This document shows, piece after piece, positions 47,347-56,832 of a DNA stretch of 64,000 nucleotides. Below the pieces are notes generated by a model that did not search any database, was not told where the DNA came from, and worked only from the letters and a program-made list of their open reading frames with translations. Position 1 is the first letter of the stretch, and every line of letters starts with the position of its first letter. Origin of the DNA: an uncultured Chloroflexia bacterium (GTDB taxonomy: Bacteria > Chloroflexota > Limnocylindria > Limnocylindrales > CSP1-4); assembly GCA_963833225.1 (NCBI GenBank), contig CAWHXD010000019.1, forward strand, positions 160,001 to 224,000, in the 5' to 3' direction. The position numbers and the translations under genes are program-made.

Positions 47347-48636
47347 ATGCCCCCGGCACCTGGTGCCGGCGGACGCCGCCCCGCGACCATCCTGGACGTT
47401 GCCGAACGGGCAGGAGTGTCCTCGTCGACCGTCAGCCGGCTCCTGGGCGGACAGACCGTCACCCCGCGGCCGCGGACCGCCGAAGCTGTCGCCCGTGCCG
47501 TTCGCGAGCTGGCATACCGCGCGGACCTGGTGGCCCGGTCGATGCGCACGCGGACGACGTCAGTCGTGGGGGTGGTCATCGACAACCTGCTCGACCCGGT
47601 GTTCCCAGGGCTGGTGCAGGCCACGAGCGAGGCGCTCGAGCGCGCCGGCTACGCGACCGTCCTGGGAACGGCGGGCGGGGGCCCTGGGCAGGCTGCCCTT
47701 GAGGTCGAGCTGATGCTCCGGCAGCGAGTCGATGGCCTCATCATCGCCTGCAGCTGGCCGCCCGACTTCCTCGGGTCCCAGTTGGCGCGGTTCTCGCTGC
47801 CGGTGGTCCTGACGAACACCGACGGGTCGGGCGGCTCCGTGCCGCAGTTCGGGACGGACAATCGCGCCGGAGGGCGGCTGGCGATCGAGCACCTGATCGC
47901 ACTGGGTCACCGGCGGCTTGCCTACGTCGGCGGGCCATCGTCAGCCCCGTTTCACGAGATCCGCCTCGCGGGCATGCGGGCCGCGCTCGCCGACGCGGGA
48001 CTCGGTCTCGATGCGCTGACCGTTGTTGCAGGCGATGGGACCCGTATTGGTGGCCAAGCGGCCGTCCTTGCCTTGCTGGCGGCGCGGACCGGCGTGACCG
48101 CGATTGCCTGCTACAACGACGTCACGGCGATCGGTGTGCTGCGCGGCCTCGATGAGGCCGGAATTCTCGTGCCACGCGACATGAGCGTGATCGGCTTTGA
48201 CGATATTGACGTGGCCGCCTGGCTGCAGCCGGCGCTCACGACCGTCCGCCAGGAGACCCGCATGATGGGTCGCCTCGCTGCCGAGCGCCTGATCGCGCTG
48301 ATGCGCGCGAGCGACGGGGAGGGACATCCGCCGCCGCTGCGACTGCCGATGACCCTGCAGGTCCGGGAGTCGACGGCCGCGCCGCCGATCCTTCGGCCGA
48401 CGGGAGCAGAGCGCTCGCGGTTAGTCGATCCGGGTGTAGGCGACGATCTGCATGCCGCCGTGCAGCTCGCCCAGGGCCGGTTGCAGCGCCTGGTGGACCT
48501 CGCTCACGCGCCATGCGACGGCGTTGTCCGCGGTCTCCCAGCGGAAGATCATCTGGTAGCGGGTGGGGCTGTCGGCCTCACGCAGGAGCGAGCACTCGAT
48601 CAGGCCGGGCATCTCGAGGACGGGCGGCCGGTATGA
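47347..48636 (+). CDS. LacI-family regulator (3' end probably over-extended; family domain ends near 48380)
   Basis: TILDVAERAGVSSSTVS, GFDDI, LTTVRQ, LQVRESTA; the tail overlaps the opposite-strand gene. Confidence 0.85.
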   Translation: MPPAPGAGGRRPATILDVAERAGVSSSTVSRLLGGQTVTPRPRTAEAVARAVRELAYRADLVARSMRTRTTSVVGVVIDNLLDPVFPGLVQATSEALERAGYATVLGTAGGGPGQAALEVELMLRQRVDGLIIACSWPPDFLGSQLARFSLPVVLTNTDGSGGSVPQFGTDNRAGGRLAIEHLIALGHRRLAYVGGPSSAPFHEIRLAGMRAALADAGLGLDALTVVAGDGTRIGGQAAVLALLAARTGVTAIACYNDVTAIGVLRGLDEAGILVPRDMSVIGFDDIDVAAWLQPALTTVRQETRMMGRLAAERLIALMRASDGEGHPPPLRLPMTLQVRESTAAPPILRPTGAERSRLVDPGVGDDLHAAVQLAQGRLQRLVDLAHAPCDGVVRGLPAEDHLVAGGAVGLTQERALDQAGHLEDGRPV

Positions 48637-48708
48637 CTCGGCGAAGAAGCGCTCGAAGTCGGCCGTCCGGTCGGGGTGGACGTCGAAGGTGATGTGCCGC
48701 TCGATCAT
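48421..48708 (-). CDS. Antibiotic-biosynthesis-monooxygenase (ABM) family protein
   Basis: 95 aa, F...F...MPG...YQMIFRWE...AWRVSEVH pattern. Confidence 0.7.
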   Translation of the reverse strand: MIERHITFDVHPDRTADFERFFAESYRPPVLEMPGLIECSLLREADSPTRYQMIFRWETADNAVAWRVSEVHQALQPALGELHGGMQIVAYTRID

Positions 48709-48728
48709 GCTTGGGCTCCACGCGCGGT

Positions 48729-48773
48729 AATTGGCCTGACCAGTTGACGACATTATCGAAGCGGGCCTAGCAT
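48729..48773 (+). promoter_or_regulatory. FadR/GntR-type operator overlapping the -35 of a TTGACG-N18-TAGCAT promoter
   Basis: AATTGGCCTGACCAGTT at 48729-48745 resembles the PdhR/LldR-type AATTGG-N5-CCAATT palindrome. Confidence 0.6.
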
Positions 48774-48809
48774 CCCGTCAATGCGGATGGGCACAGCGGC
48801 AGGCGACCG

Positions 48810-49628
48810 GTGGTGACGGACGGACGGGCGTCGACCGCGTCCCTCGCCGCCACGCCCCCGGGCCTCGCCACCACGCCCGACCCCGCCTGGCCGGTGTTCG
48901 CGGTCGTCAACCGCAGCACGCTTTCCGAGGAGATTGCCGCCCGGTTGATCGACCTGATCAGCGCCGAGCAGCTCCACCCCGGCGACAAGCTGCCCGCCGA
49001 GCGTGAGCTCGCCGCCATGATGCAGGTCAGCCGGCCGGTGCTCCGCGAGGCCCTGCGCGCGCTCGCGATCATGAAGGTCGTCGAGATCCGGCAGGGTGCC
49101 GGCACCTACATCACCTCACTCGAGCCGAGGCACATGGTCTCCCACCTCGACTTCGTGTTCTCCAAGGACCCGGTCGCGCTGGCCCAGGTGATCGAGACCC
49201 GGCGGGTCGTGGAGGTGGGCAACGCGCGCCTCGCCGGCGAGCGCATCGACGACACGGGCCTGGAGCGCCTGGACAGCCTACTGATCCAGCTGCGTGGCGC
49301 GATCGGCGACGCCGACCGCTTCAGCACCCTCGACATCGAGTTCCACGACGCCGTCTGCGATGCGGCCGGCAACTTCCTGCTCGCCCAGTTCATGCGGATC
49401 ATCAACACGCTGGCCAAGGTCAGCCGCGAACGGACCGGGGCGACACGGGCGACTCGCGAACGGGCCCTCGCGGACCATGTTGCGATCGTCGCTGCGCTGA
49501 GGGCAGGCAACCCGGAGGCGGCGGCCACGGCGATGGGGGGCCACCTCGATCACATCGAGGAGGCGCTGGCGCGCGTGACCGGGATCCCGGAAACCATCGG
49601 TGCCGCGAAGACCGGGCGCGGCCGATGA
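48810..49628 (+). CDS. GntR/FadR-family regulator
   Basis: LPAERELA...VSRPVLREAL HTH; FCD domain DIEFH...N...H. Confidence 0.92.
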   Translation: MVTDGRASTASLAATPPGLATTPDPAWPVFAVVNRSTLSEEIAARLIDLISAEQLHPGDKLPAERELAAMMQVSRPVLREALRALAIMKVVEIRQGAGTYITSLEPRHMVSHLDFVFSKDPVALAQVIETRRVVEVGNARLAGERIDDTGLERLDSLLIQLRGAIGDADRFSTLDIEFHDAVCDAAGNFLLAQFMRIINTLAKVSRERTGATRATRERALADHVAIVAALRAGNPEAAATAMGGHLDHIEEALARVTGIPETIGAAKTGRGR

Positions 49629-50074
49629 ACATCGCCGGCAGCCATCGGTTCGACGCCGCCCGCGAGGCCGTCTTTGCGGCCATCTGCGACCCGGCGACGC
49701 TGCTGGCGGTCATTCCCGGTTGCGAGGCGGTGGAGCGCGTGGCCACGGACGAGTACGAGGGCCGGATCGCGCTCCGCCTTCCGGGTGCCGTCGGCATGTA
49801 CCGGACGCGCGTGCGCCTCGTCGACACGCAGCCACCCGAGCGATCCGGCCTCGACGGCCGGGTGGAGGGGGCCATGGGATCGATTGTCGGCCGCGCCGAC
49901 TTCGTGCTGCAGGACACCGAACCGGGCACCGCCATGGAGTACCGTGGCACCGCCCGCATCGACGGCCCGCTGGCGAGGCTGGACTCCCGCTTTGCCGAGC
50001 GCCTGGCGCAATCGCTGATCAGCCAGGGACTGCGCGCCCTGGACGCACGGCTCGCTACGGAGGGACACGAGTGA
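49625..50074 (+). CDS. CoxG/SRPBCC-family protein
   Basis: DPATLLAVIPGCE; position in a Mo-hydroxylase cluster. Confidence 0.8.
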   Translation: MNIAGSHRFDAAREAVFAAICDPATLLAVIPGCEAVERVATDEYEGRIALRLPGAVGMYRTRVRLVDTQPPERSGLDGRVEGAMGSIVGRADFVLQDTEPGTAMEYRGTARIDGPLARLDSRFAERLAQSLISQGLRALDARLATEGHE

Positions 50075-50920
50075 CTGTCGCCGACTACGACCTGCCCACC
50101 TCCGTTCCGGACGCGCTGGACCTGCTCGCGGCGCACGGCCCGGAGCTCCTGGTCATCGCGGGTGGCACGGTCGCCATGCCGCTCATCAACGAGGGGATCT
50201 CGCTGCCGCGCCGGGTGATGGGCCTGCGGCGCGCCGGTCTGGACCGCGTCGCGCGCGTCGGGGATGAGCTGCACCTCGGCGCCACCGCCACGCTGAGCCG
50301 CATCCAGCGGCGGGAGGACCTCCCGATGCTCGCGCAGGCCGCCGGGCGGCACGGCATCGTGGTCCGTACGCAACATGGGCACGGTCGGCGGCAACCTGTT
50401 CACCCCGCCACCCGGCGGTGACGTCGCCACCGCGTTGCTGGCCCTCGATGCCCGGGTCGTCGCGACCGGGCCGGGCGGGCCGCGGGCCGTGCCGCTGGCC
50501 GGCTTCTGGACCGGCTTCATGACGACCGTCCTCGCCGCGGACGAGCTCGTGACCGAGATCGTGGTGCCCGTCGACGCCGGCCGGACCGCCTTCGTCAAGT
50601 TCGGACGCCGGGCGGCCAACACGCCGGCCGTCGTGATGGTCGCCGTGCACGCGACGTTCGAGGGCGACACCGTCACCGGCGCCCGGATCGCGCTGGGGGC
50701 CGCGGGACCGCACCCGTTGCGCATGGCGCGCGCCGAGGCGGCGATCACCGGCACCGCCCTCGACGAGGACGCGATCACGGGCGCCGCGTCGCTCGCCGCC
50801 GAGGACGCGGATCCTGAGGACGATGCGATCGCGAGCGCCTGGTACCGGCGACGGATGGTTGGCGTGTTCGTGCGACGCGCGTTGCTGCAGCTGGCCGAGC
50901 CGGCCGGAAGGGGTGCGTAG
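50071..50920 (+). CDS. Xanthine-dehydrogenase-family FAD subunit (frameshift near 50350)
   Basis: IAGGT...LGATATL then RNMGTVGGNL in the next frame; DDAIASAWYRR. Confidence 0.85.
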
Positions 50921-51403
50921 ATGGCCTCCGTCATCGTCGCGTTCGAGCTCTCCGGGCAGCCGGTGGAGGTGATGGTCAGCCCGCTGGCGACCCTCCAGCA
51001 GGTGCTCCGGACACAGCTGGGCCACGCCTCGGTCAAGGACGGCTGCCGTCAGGGCGGCTGTGGCAGCTGCACCGTGCTCATCGACGGCGAGCCGATGCTG
51101 TCGTGCCTGCTCCCGGTGCAGGACGTGGCCGGTCGTCGCGTGACCACCCTGGAGGGACTGACCCCATCCGAGGGCCTCCACCCGATCCAGCGGGCGTTCC
51201 TCGACGCCAACGGCTTCCAGTGCGGCTACTGCACCCCGGGCATGGAGCTGCTCGCCAAGGCCCTCCTGGACCACAACCCGTCGCCCACGCGCGACGAGAT
51301 CACCGAGGCCCTCTCGGGCAACATCTGCCGCTGCACGGGCTACGGCCCGATCGTGGGCGCCATCGAGGCGGCCGCCGCCGCCGGGCAGGAGACGGGACGA
51401 TGA
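50921..51403 (+). CDS. Xanthine-dehydrogenase-family [2Fe-2S] subunit
   Basis: GCRQGGCGSC, QCGYC, CRCTGY. Confidence 0.95.
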   Translation: MASVIVAFELSGQPVEVMVSPLATLQQVLRTQLGHASVKDGCRQGGCGSCTVLIDGEPMLSCLLPVQDVAGRRVTTLEGLTPSEGLHPIQRAFLDANGFQCGYCTPGMELLAKALLDHNPSPTRDEITEALSGNICRCTGYGPIVGAIEAAAAAGQETGR

Positions 51404-52746
51404 CCGCCGATCTCAACGTCGTCGGGCAGTCGGTCGAGCGCAACGACGGCATCGGCTTCGTCACGGGGCGCGCCCGGTACAGCACGGACCTCGTGTTCCC
51501 CCGGATGCTCCACCTCAAGATGGTCCGCAGCCCGCTCCACCACGCGCTCGTCAAGGGCGTCGACCTGTCCGAGGCCGAGCGGGTCCCGGGCTTCGTGCGT
51601 GCGCTGACCCACGAGGACGTGCCCCACAACGTGTACACGATCCTCGGGCTGATCGGCGTCGAGCCAGAGGAGGAGTTCGTCCTCGCGGTGGACCGCGTCC
51701 GGTACATGGGCGAGCCGATCGTCGCGATCCTCGCCGAGACGGAGGCGGCGGCCTACGAGGCCGTGGCGAAGGTCCGGCTCGACCTCGAGGAGCTGCCCGC
51801 GGTCTTCGACATGGACGAGGCCCTGGCCCCGGGCGCCCCGATCGTCACCCACTGGGGCACCAACACCTTCACCTACGACAGCGGGGCCAGCCGCAAGGTG
51901 CGCCTGGGCGACGTGGAGGCGGGGTTCGCACAGGCAGACCACATCGTGGAGGGCGAGTACCGGACCAGCCCCATCGAGCACGCTCCCACCGAGACCACGG
52001 GCTGCGTCGCGGTCCCGGAGCCCAACGGGCGGTTCACGGTCTACACCAACACCCAGGCGCTGTACTTCAGCCTCGACAACACGTCGATCATCCTCGAGCT
52101 CCCCGGCAACCGGCTGCGGTTCATCGGCGGCATGGTCGGCGGCGGGTTCGGCGGCAAGGTGGACGTGATCGTGGAGCCGCTCGCGACGCTGGGCGCGATG
52201 AAGACGGGGCGCCCGGTGCGCTACGTCTACAACCGGTCCGAGGAGATGCAGGTCAGCTCCACGCGCAGCGCCTGGACGATCCGGATCAAGGACGGGGTCA
52301 TGGCCGACGGCACGATCGTCGCCCGCCAGGTGGTGAGCTACGCGGACTGCGGGGCGTACAGCCGCCAGACGCCGTACGCGCTGACCAAGCACGCGGCGAA
52401 CGCGGCAGGCCCGTACGCCATCCCCAACGTGTCGATCGACGCCTACTGCGTCTACACCAACCGCACGCCCTCCTCGGCGATGCGCGGCTTCGGGGTGACC
52501 ATGGGCTCGTTCGCGATCGAGGTCCAGATGGACAAGATCGCGGAGCGAGTGGGCCTGGACCCATGGACGGTCCGGTTCCGCAACGCGATCCACAACGGGG
52601 ACATCAAGCCGCACCGCAAGCCGGCCGCGGACGTGGCCATGGTGGAGACGATGCAGGCCGCCGCGGCCCTCGTCGGGCACGAGCTGCCGGCTGAGCTGCG
52701 GGCGATGACCTCGGACCCGCGCGCGGGGCAGGAAGGAGGTCGCTGA
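51400..52746 (+). CDS. Molybdopterin-binding subunit, N-terminal part (split large subunit)
   Basis: GGGFGGK, GPYAIPN, SSAMRGFG. Confidence 0.92.
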   Translation: MTADLNVVGQSVERNDGIGFVTGRARYSTDLVFPRMLHLKMVRSPLHHALVKGVDLSEAERVPGFVRALTHEDVPHNVYTILGLIGVEPEEEFVLAVDRVRYMGEPIVAILAETEAAAYEAVAKVRLDLEELPAVFDMDEALAPGAPIVTHWGTNTFTYDSGASRKVRLGDVEAGFAQADHIVEGEYRTSPIEHAPTETTGCVAVPEPNGRFTVYTNTQALYFSLDNTSIILELPGNRLRFIGGMVGGGFGGKVDVIVEPLATLGAMKTGRPVRYVYNRSEEMQVSSTRSAWTIRIKDGVMADGTIVARQVVSYADCGAYSRQTPYALTKHAANAAGPYAIPNVSIDAYCVYTNRTPSSAMRGFGVTMGSFAIEVQMDKIAERVGLDPWTVRFRNAIHNGDIKPHRKPAADVAMVETMQAAAALVGHELPAELRAMTSDPRAGQEGGR

Positions 52747-52747
52747 C

Positions 52748-53764
52748 ATGGCGAAGCTGCGCGGCACCGGGATCGCGGCCGTCAACTACCCCACCGGCAT
52801 GAACCTGGGCGGTGACCCCACCCAGGCGCTGGTCCACGCGACGACCAGTGGGTCGTTCAACGTGTCCCTGTCGTCGGTGGACCTCGGGCAGGGGCTCAAG
52901 ACGGTGGTCGCCCAGATCGCCGCCGAGACGCTCGGGGTCGCCTACGACCAGATCGTGATCGACACCGCCGACACCGACACCGGTCCGCACTGCATGGGGA
53001 CCTTCGCCAGCCGCGGCACCCACCGCGTGGGCAACGCCGTGAAGATGGCGGCCGAGGAGGCCCGCGACGCGGTGCTCCAGCTCGCGTCGGAGGAGCTGGA
53101 GGTCTCGGTCGCCGACCTCGTGCTCGACGGGAAGGGCAACGTGGAGGTCGCCGGATCGCCGACCAAGCGGCTGGGGATCGCGGACCTCGCCTCGCGGGCC
53201 CAGTTCCAGTACGGCCGCACCATCTCCGGGCGCGGTGCGTACATGAAGCCCAAGAGCGACGTGGATCCCGAGACCGGTGCCATGGATCCGGACTCGACGC
53301 AGGCCTGGGCGTGCACCGTGGCCGAGGTGGAGGTCGACACGGAGACCGGCGAGATCGCCGTGCTGAGCATCCGCAGCGCCTACGAGGTGGGCCGCCAGGT
53401 GAACCCGGCGCTGGTCCGGGGGCAGATCACGGGCGGGTCGTGGATGGGCATGTCCCACGCGCTGTACGAGACCACGGAGCCCTCCTACCCGGCCCGGGAC
53501 CACCGCCCCAGGGACTTCGCGGAGTACCTGATGCCGGGGGCCCAGGAGCTCCCGGAGATCGAGTCGGTGGTGCTCGAGGTCCCGTCCGCCAACGGCCCGT
53601 ACGGGGTCAAGGGCGTGGGGGAGATGACCGCCAACTCGCCGATCCCGGCCATCGTCAACGCCATCTACAACGCCTGCGGCGTGCGCGTGGACCACCTGCC
53701 GGTCCGTCCCGAGGACATCCTGCGCGGGCTGGATGCGCTCGCCACGGGGAAGGGAGCAGCATGA
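52748..53764 (+). CDS. Molybdopterin-binding subunit, C-terminal part
   Basis: DLGQG, GTFASR, GQITGG, GVKGVGE; own RBS GGAGG and ATG. Confidence 0.92.
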   Translation: MAKLRGTGIAAVNYPTGMNLGGDPTQALVHATTSGSFNVSLSSVDLGQGLKTVVAQIAAETLGVAYDQIVIDTADTDTGPHCMGTFASRGTHRVGNAVKMAAEEARDAVLQLASEELEVSVADLVLDGKGNVEVAGSPTKRLGIADLASRAQFQYGRTISGRGAYMKPKSDVDPETGAMDPDSTQAWACTVAEVEVDTETGEIAVLSIRSAYEVGRQVNPALVRGQITGGSWMGMSHALYETTEPSYPARDHRPRDFAEYLMPGAQELPEIESVVLEVPSANGPYGVKGVGEMTANSPIPAIVNAIYNACGVRVDHLPVRPEDILRGLDALATGKGAA

Positions 53765-54171
53765 GCCAGATCACCACCTGGGACGAGTTCCCGACGGTCG
53801 AATACGTCAAGGGCGTCCACCGCCAGGCCGTCTCGGGCGAGAAGGTCATGCTGACCCGGATCGTCTACCGCGGCGGCGTGGTCATCCCCGAGCACAGCCA
53901 CGAGGCGGAGCAGATCATGCTCGTGGAGGCGGGCCGGCTGTGGGCCAAGGTTGCCGACGAGGAGCGGGAGGTGGGACCGGGCTCGCTGCTCATCATTCCC
54001 TCCAACTGGATCCACGCCTTCCGCCAGCTGGGTGACGAGGACGTCGTGTTCTACGAGGCGTTCGCGCCGATCCGGCTCGAGTACCTGGTCGGCTTCAAGG
54101 GCCCGGATCCGTCGCTCGGGATGATGCACGCCTCGTTCGACGCCACCGGCGAATCGGAGCGAAAGGTCTAG
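53761..54171 (+). CDS. Cupin-domain protein
   Basis: HSHEAEQ...IPSNWIH. Confidence 0.85.
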   Translation: MSQITTWDEFPTVEYVKGVHRQAVSGEKVMLTRIVYRGGVVIPEHSHEAEQIMLVEAGRLWAKVADEEREVGPGSLLIIPSNWIHAFRQLGDEDVVFYEAFAPIRLEYLVGFKGPDPSLGMMHASFDATGESERKV

Positions 54172-54247
54172 CATCCGCGGCCCGGACCTCAGCCGGATCG
54201 ACGCCCGCTCGGGTGCCCGGCCAGCGCCGACCACAATGATGTAGGCG

Positions 54248-54276
54248 TTGACATAGTGTGTATCACACACTATGAT
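54248..54276 (+). promoter_or_regulatory. Promoter TTGACA-N17-TATGAT containing a palindromic operator
   Basis: CATAGTGTGT-ATC-ACACACTATG at 54252-54274. Confidence 0.8.
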
Positions 54277-54283
54277 GCCGGCC

Positions 54284-54628
54284 ATGGGCTTTGACGAGAT
54301 CCTCTCCGGCAGCCAGCAAGAGCTTCGACGCGGCACGGTCGTGCTGGCCTGCCTGCTGCTGCTGCGCGAGCCCGGCTACGGCTACGCGCTGATGGAGGAG
54401 CTGCGGGAGCACGGCTTCGCGGTGGACGCGAACACCCTGTACCCGCTGCTCCGCCGGCTCGAGGGCCAGGGGATGCTCGTCAGCGAGTGGAACACCCAGG
54501 AGGCCAGGCCCCGGAAGTTCTACCGGATCAGCCCTGATGGAGAGCGGCTCGCCGCCGCGCTTGTCGCCGATTGGGATCGGATCGACGCGTCGGTCCGCCG
54601 ACTTGGCCAAGGAGGCCGAACCTCATGA
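54284..54628 (+). CDS. PadR-family regulator
   Basis: ELRRG...YGY...NTLYPLLRRLE...RPRKFY; ATG at 54284 coincides with the predicted start site. Confidence 0.92.
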   Translation: MGFDEILSGSQQELRRGTVVLACLLLLREPGYGYALMEELREHGFAVDANTLYPLLRRLEGQGMLVSEWNTQEARPRKFYRISPDGERLAAALVADWDRIDASVRRLGQGGRTS

Positions 54629-55578
54629 GCACCCTTGCTGATCGCTATGTCTGGGGCGTCCTGCGGGGCGTTCCCACCGCGCAGCGGGCCGAGCTGGAGC
54701 CGGAGATCCGCGCCCTCGTCGCAGATGCCGTCGAGGCGAGGGTGGCTGGGGGCACCCCGTCGGACACCGCCGAGCGCGCCGCCCTGACGGAGCTCGGTGA
54801 TCCCGAGATCCTCGCGGCCCGCTACACGGACCGGTCCCTCGATGCTGATCGGCCCGCGCTACTACCCGGACTGGAAGCGCCTGCTCACCCTGCTCCTCTC
54901 GATCGTCGTGCCCATCGCGATCGTCGCGGTGACGGGGGCCGCGTTCCTTGGTGGGCAGCCCGCCACGGAGCTGGTGGGTGTGGCGATCTCGGCCGGCGTT
55001 GGCGTTGCCATCCAGCTCACGTTCTGGGTGACCCTGGTCTTCGCGCTGCTGGAGCGGTCCGGAACCCCGCCGGCGGGCGTGGCGTGGACCCCGGATCGCC
55101 TGCCCGAGCTGCCCGCGTCCAAGGGCGACAGCCCGGTGGAGATGGGCGTGGCCGTGGTCGCCATGATCGTTGGCGCCGTTGCCATCGTGTGGCAGCAGGG
55201 GGCGAGGCCGATCATGATCGACGGCGCCGTCATACCCCGTGTTCGATCGCCGCCCTGTGGTCGTTCTGGATGCCGTACTTCCTCGCGCTGCTCGGCGTCG
55301 AGCTTGTGATGCCGATCGCCCGCTGGCGCCTCGGCGGCTGGACGTGGTGGCTGGCGGTCGTGAACCTCGGCACCAACATCGCGTTCGCCATCCCGGCGCT
55401 GTGGCTACTCCAGAACGGGATGTTGTTCGACCCCGGTCTCGAGGCTGCCATGCTGGGCCTGGGCGTCGGGTCCGCGCTTGCGCCGGCGGGCGCGGTGCTG
55501 ACCGTGGTCGTGGCCGCGTCGAGCGCCTGGGACGCGATCAACGGGTTCCGCAAGGCGTGGATGCAGTCCCGCGGATGA
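54625..55578 (+). CDS. PadR-associated membrane protein with permease-prefix-like N-terminus (frameshifts)
   Basis: DRYV...ALTELGDP..LAARY, then LIGPRYY and TM helices in an alternate frame. Confidence 0.7.
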   Translation: MSTLADRYVWGVLRGVPTAQRAELEPEIRALVADAVEARVAGGTPSDTAERAALTELGDPEILAARYTDRSLDADRPALLPGLEAPAHPAPLDRRAHRDRRGDGGRVPWWAARHGAGGCGDLGRRWRCHPAHVLGDPGLRAAGAVRNPAGGRGVDPGSPARAARVQGRQPGGDGRGRGRHDRWRRCHRVAAGGEADHDRRRRHTPCSIAALWSFWMPYFLALLGVELVMPIARWRLGGWTWWLAVVNLGTNIAFAIPALWLLQNGMLFDPGLEAAMLGLGVGSALAPAGAVLTVVVAASSAWDAINGFRKAWMQSRG

Positions 55579-56238
55579 CGAGCGCCGGGCCGCCAACCAT
55601 CCTCGTCGAGCCGCCGATCGCCGACCTCGCAGGGCGCGCCCGGGCCCTCGCCCGCCGTGAGCCCCGACGCCGGCGGCTGCTGGGGATCGTCGGGCCGCCC
55701 GGCGCCGGCAAGTCCACGCTGGCCGATGCGGTGGTCGCGCGCCCTCGGGGACCTGGCGATGCTCGTCCCGATGGACGGCTTCCACCTGCCCAACGAGACG
55801 CTGGTCCAGCTCGGGCTGCGAGAGCGAAAGGGCGCACCGGCCACCTTTGACGCCGAGGGCTACGCGTCGCTGCTCGCCCGGCTCCGCGCCGCGGACGAGC
55901 CTGTCGTGACGGCGCCCGAGTTCCGGCGTGACCTGGACCGTGCGATCGAAGACGCCATCGTCGTCCCGCGCGGGGTCCCGCTGGTCGTGACGGAGGGCAA
56001 CTACCTGCTGCTCGAGGATGGCCCCTGGGGCCGCATCCGGCCGCTGCTCGACGAGGCCTGGTACCTGGCGGGCGACGAGGGCCGGGTCGAGCGGCTGATC
56101 GCCCGCCACGTGGCCCACGGCAAGGAGCCCGGGCACGCGCGGGATTGGGTGCTTCGCAGCGACGAGGCCAACGCGCGGGTCATCGAGGCGACCCGGGACC
56201 GCGCGGATCTCGTCGTGCTCGGCCTGCCGCCAGGCTGA
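55575..56238 (+). CDS. Nucleoside/pantothenate-kinase-like P-loop kinase, YggC/FrcK family (frameshift near 55740)
   Basis: GPPGAGKST, PMDGFHL, KGAPATFD, TEGNYLL. Confidence 0.8.
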
Positions 56239-56295
56239 CGGCGGATCGCCCGCCGGCCACGTGTCGCGCCCGCACGGGGCCCAGCGGTCGCCGGG

Positions 56296-56799
56296 CTACC
56301 CCGCCCGGACCTCGGCGCTGACCTTGACCTCGCCCGCCTTCTCGAACGTGAGCGTGATCTCGATCTTCTCGCCCACCTTCAGCTCCCGCGCGAGACCGAT
56401 GAGCATCACGTGGTAGCCGCCGGGCTTGAGCTCGACCGTGCCGCCGGCGGGGATCTCCAGGCGGTCGACCTTCTGCATGCCCATGACCGGGCTTGAGCCC
56501 ATCCCGCTCGCGTCCATCGACCCGGCGGGCATCGCGGAGCTCATGTCCACGGTCTCGTGGACCTCGACGGCCGACGCGACGTCACTGCTGCCGCCGATCA
56601 GCGCGTCCGCCGTGGCACCGGTGTTCTTGATGACCATGTACGCGGCGCCGGATCCGGCCACCAGCGGCGATGGCCGGGACCAGGCATCGGCGACCGTGAT
56701 GCCACCACTCGCACCGGAGCAGGCGGCAACGAGCAGGGCGATGATCGCGACGGGGACCAGTCGCGCCATCACCTGGCGATGGCGGTTGCGGGGTTGCAT
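56296..56799 (-). CDS. PCu(A)C copper chaperone lipoprotein
   Basis: Lipobox LVAAC, VEVHET...M...PGGYHVML. Confidence 0.92.
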   Translation of the reverse strand: MQPRNRHRQVMARLVPVAIIALLVAACSGASGGITVADAWSRPSPLVAGSGAAYMVIKNTGATADALIGGSSDVASAVEVHETVDMSSAMPAGSMDASGMGSSPVMGMQKVDRLEIPAGGTVELKPGGYHVMLIGLARELKVGEKIEITLTFEKAGEVKVSAEVRAG

Positions 56800-56832
56800 C
56801 GGGGGTTCCTTTCTGGAGGGATGTGGCCTGGA

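Noticed and set aside
49625-53764. Aerobic CO dehydrogenase (cox) call
   Set aside because: The active-site loop is SSAMRGFG, not AYxCSFR (form I) or AYRGAGR (form II).
33769-54200. Integrative element inserted at tRNA-Met
   Set aside because: The region looks accessory, but I found no integrase, transposase or second copy of the tRNA end.
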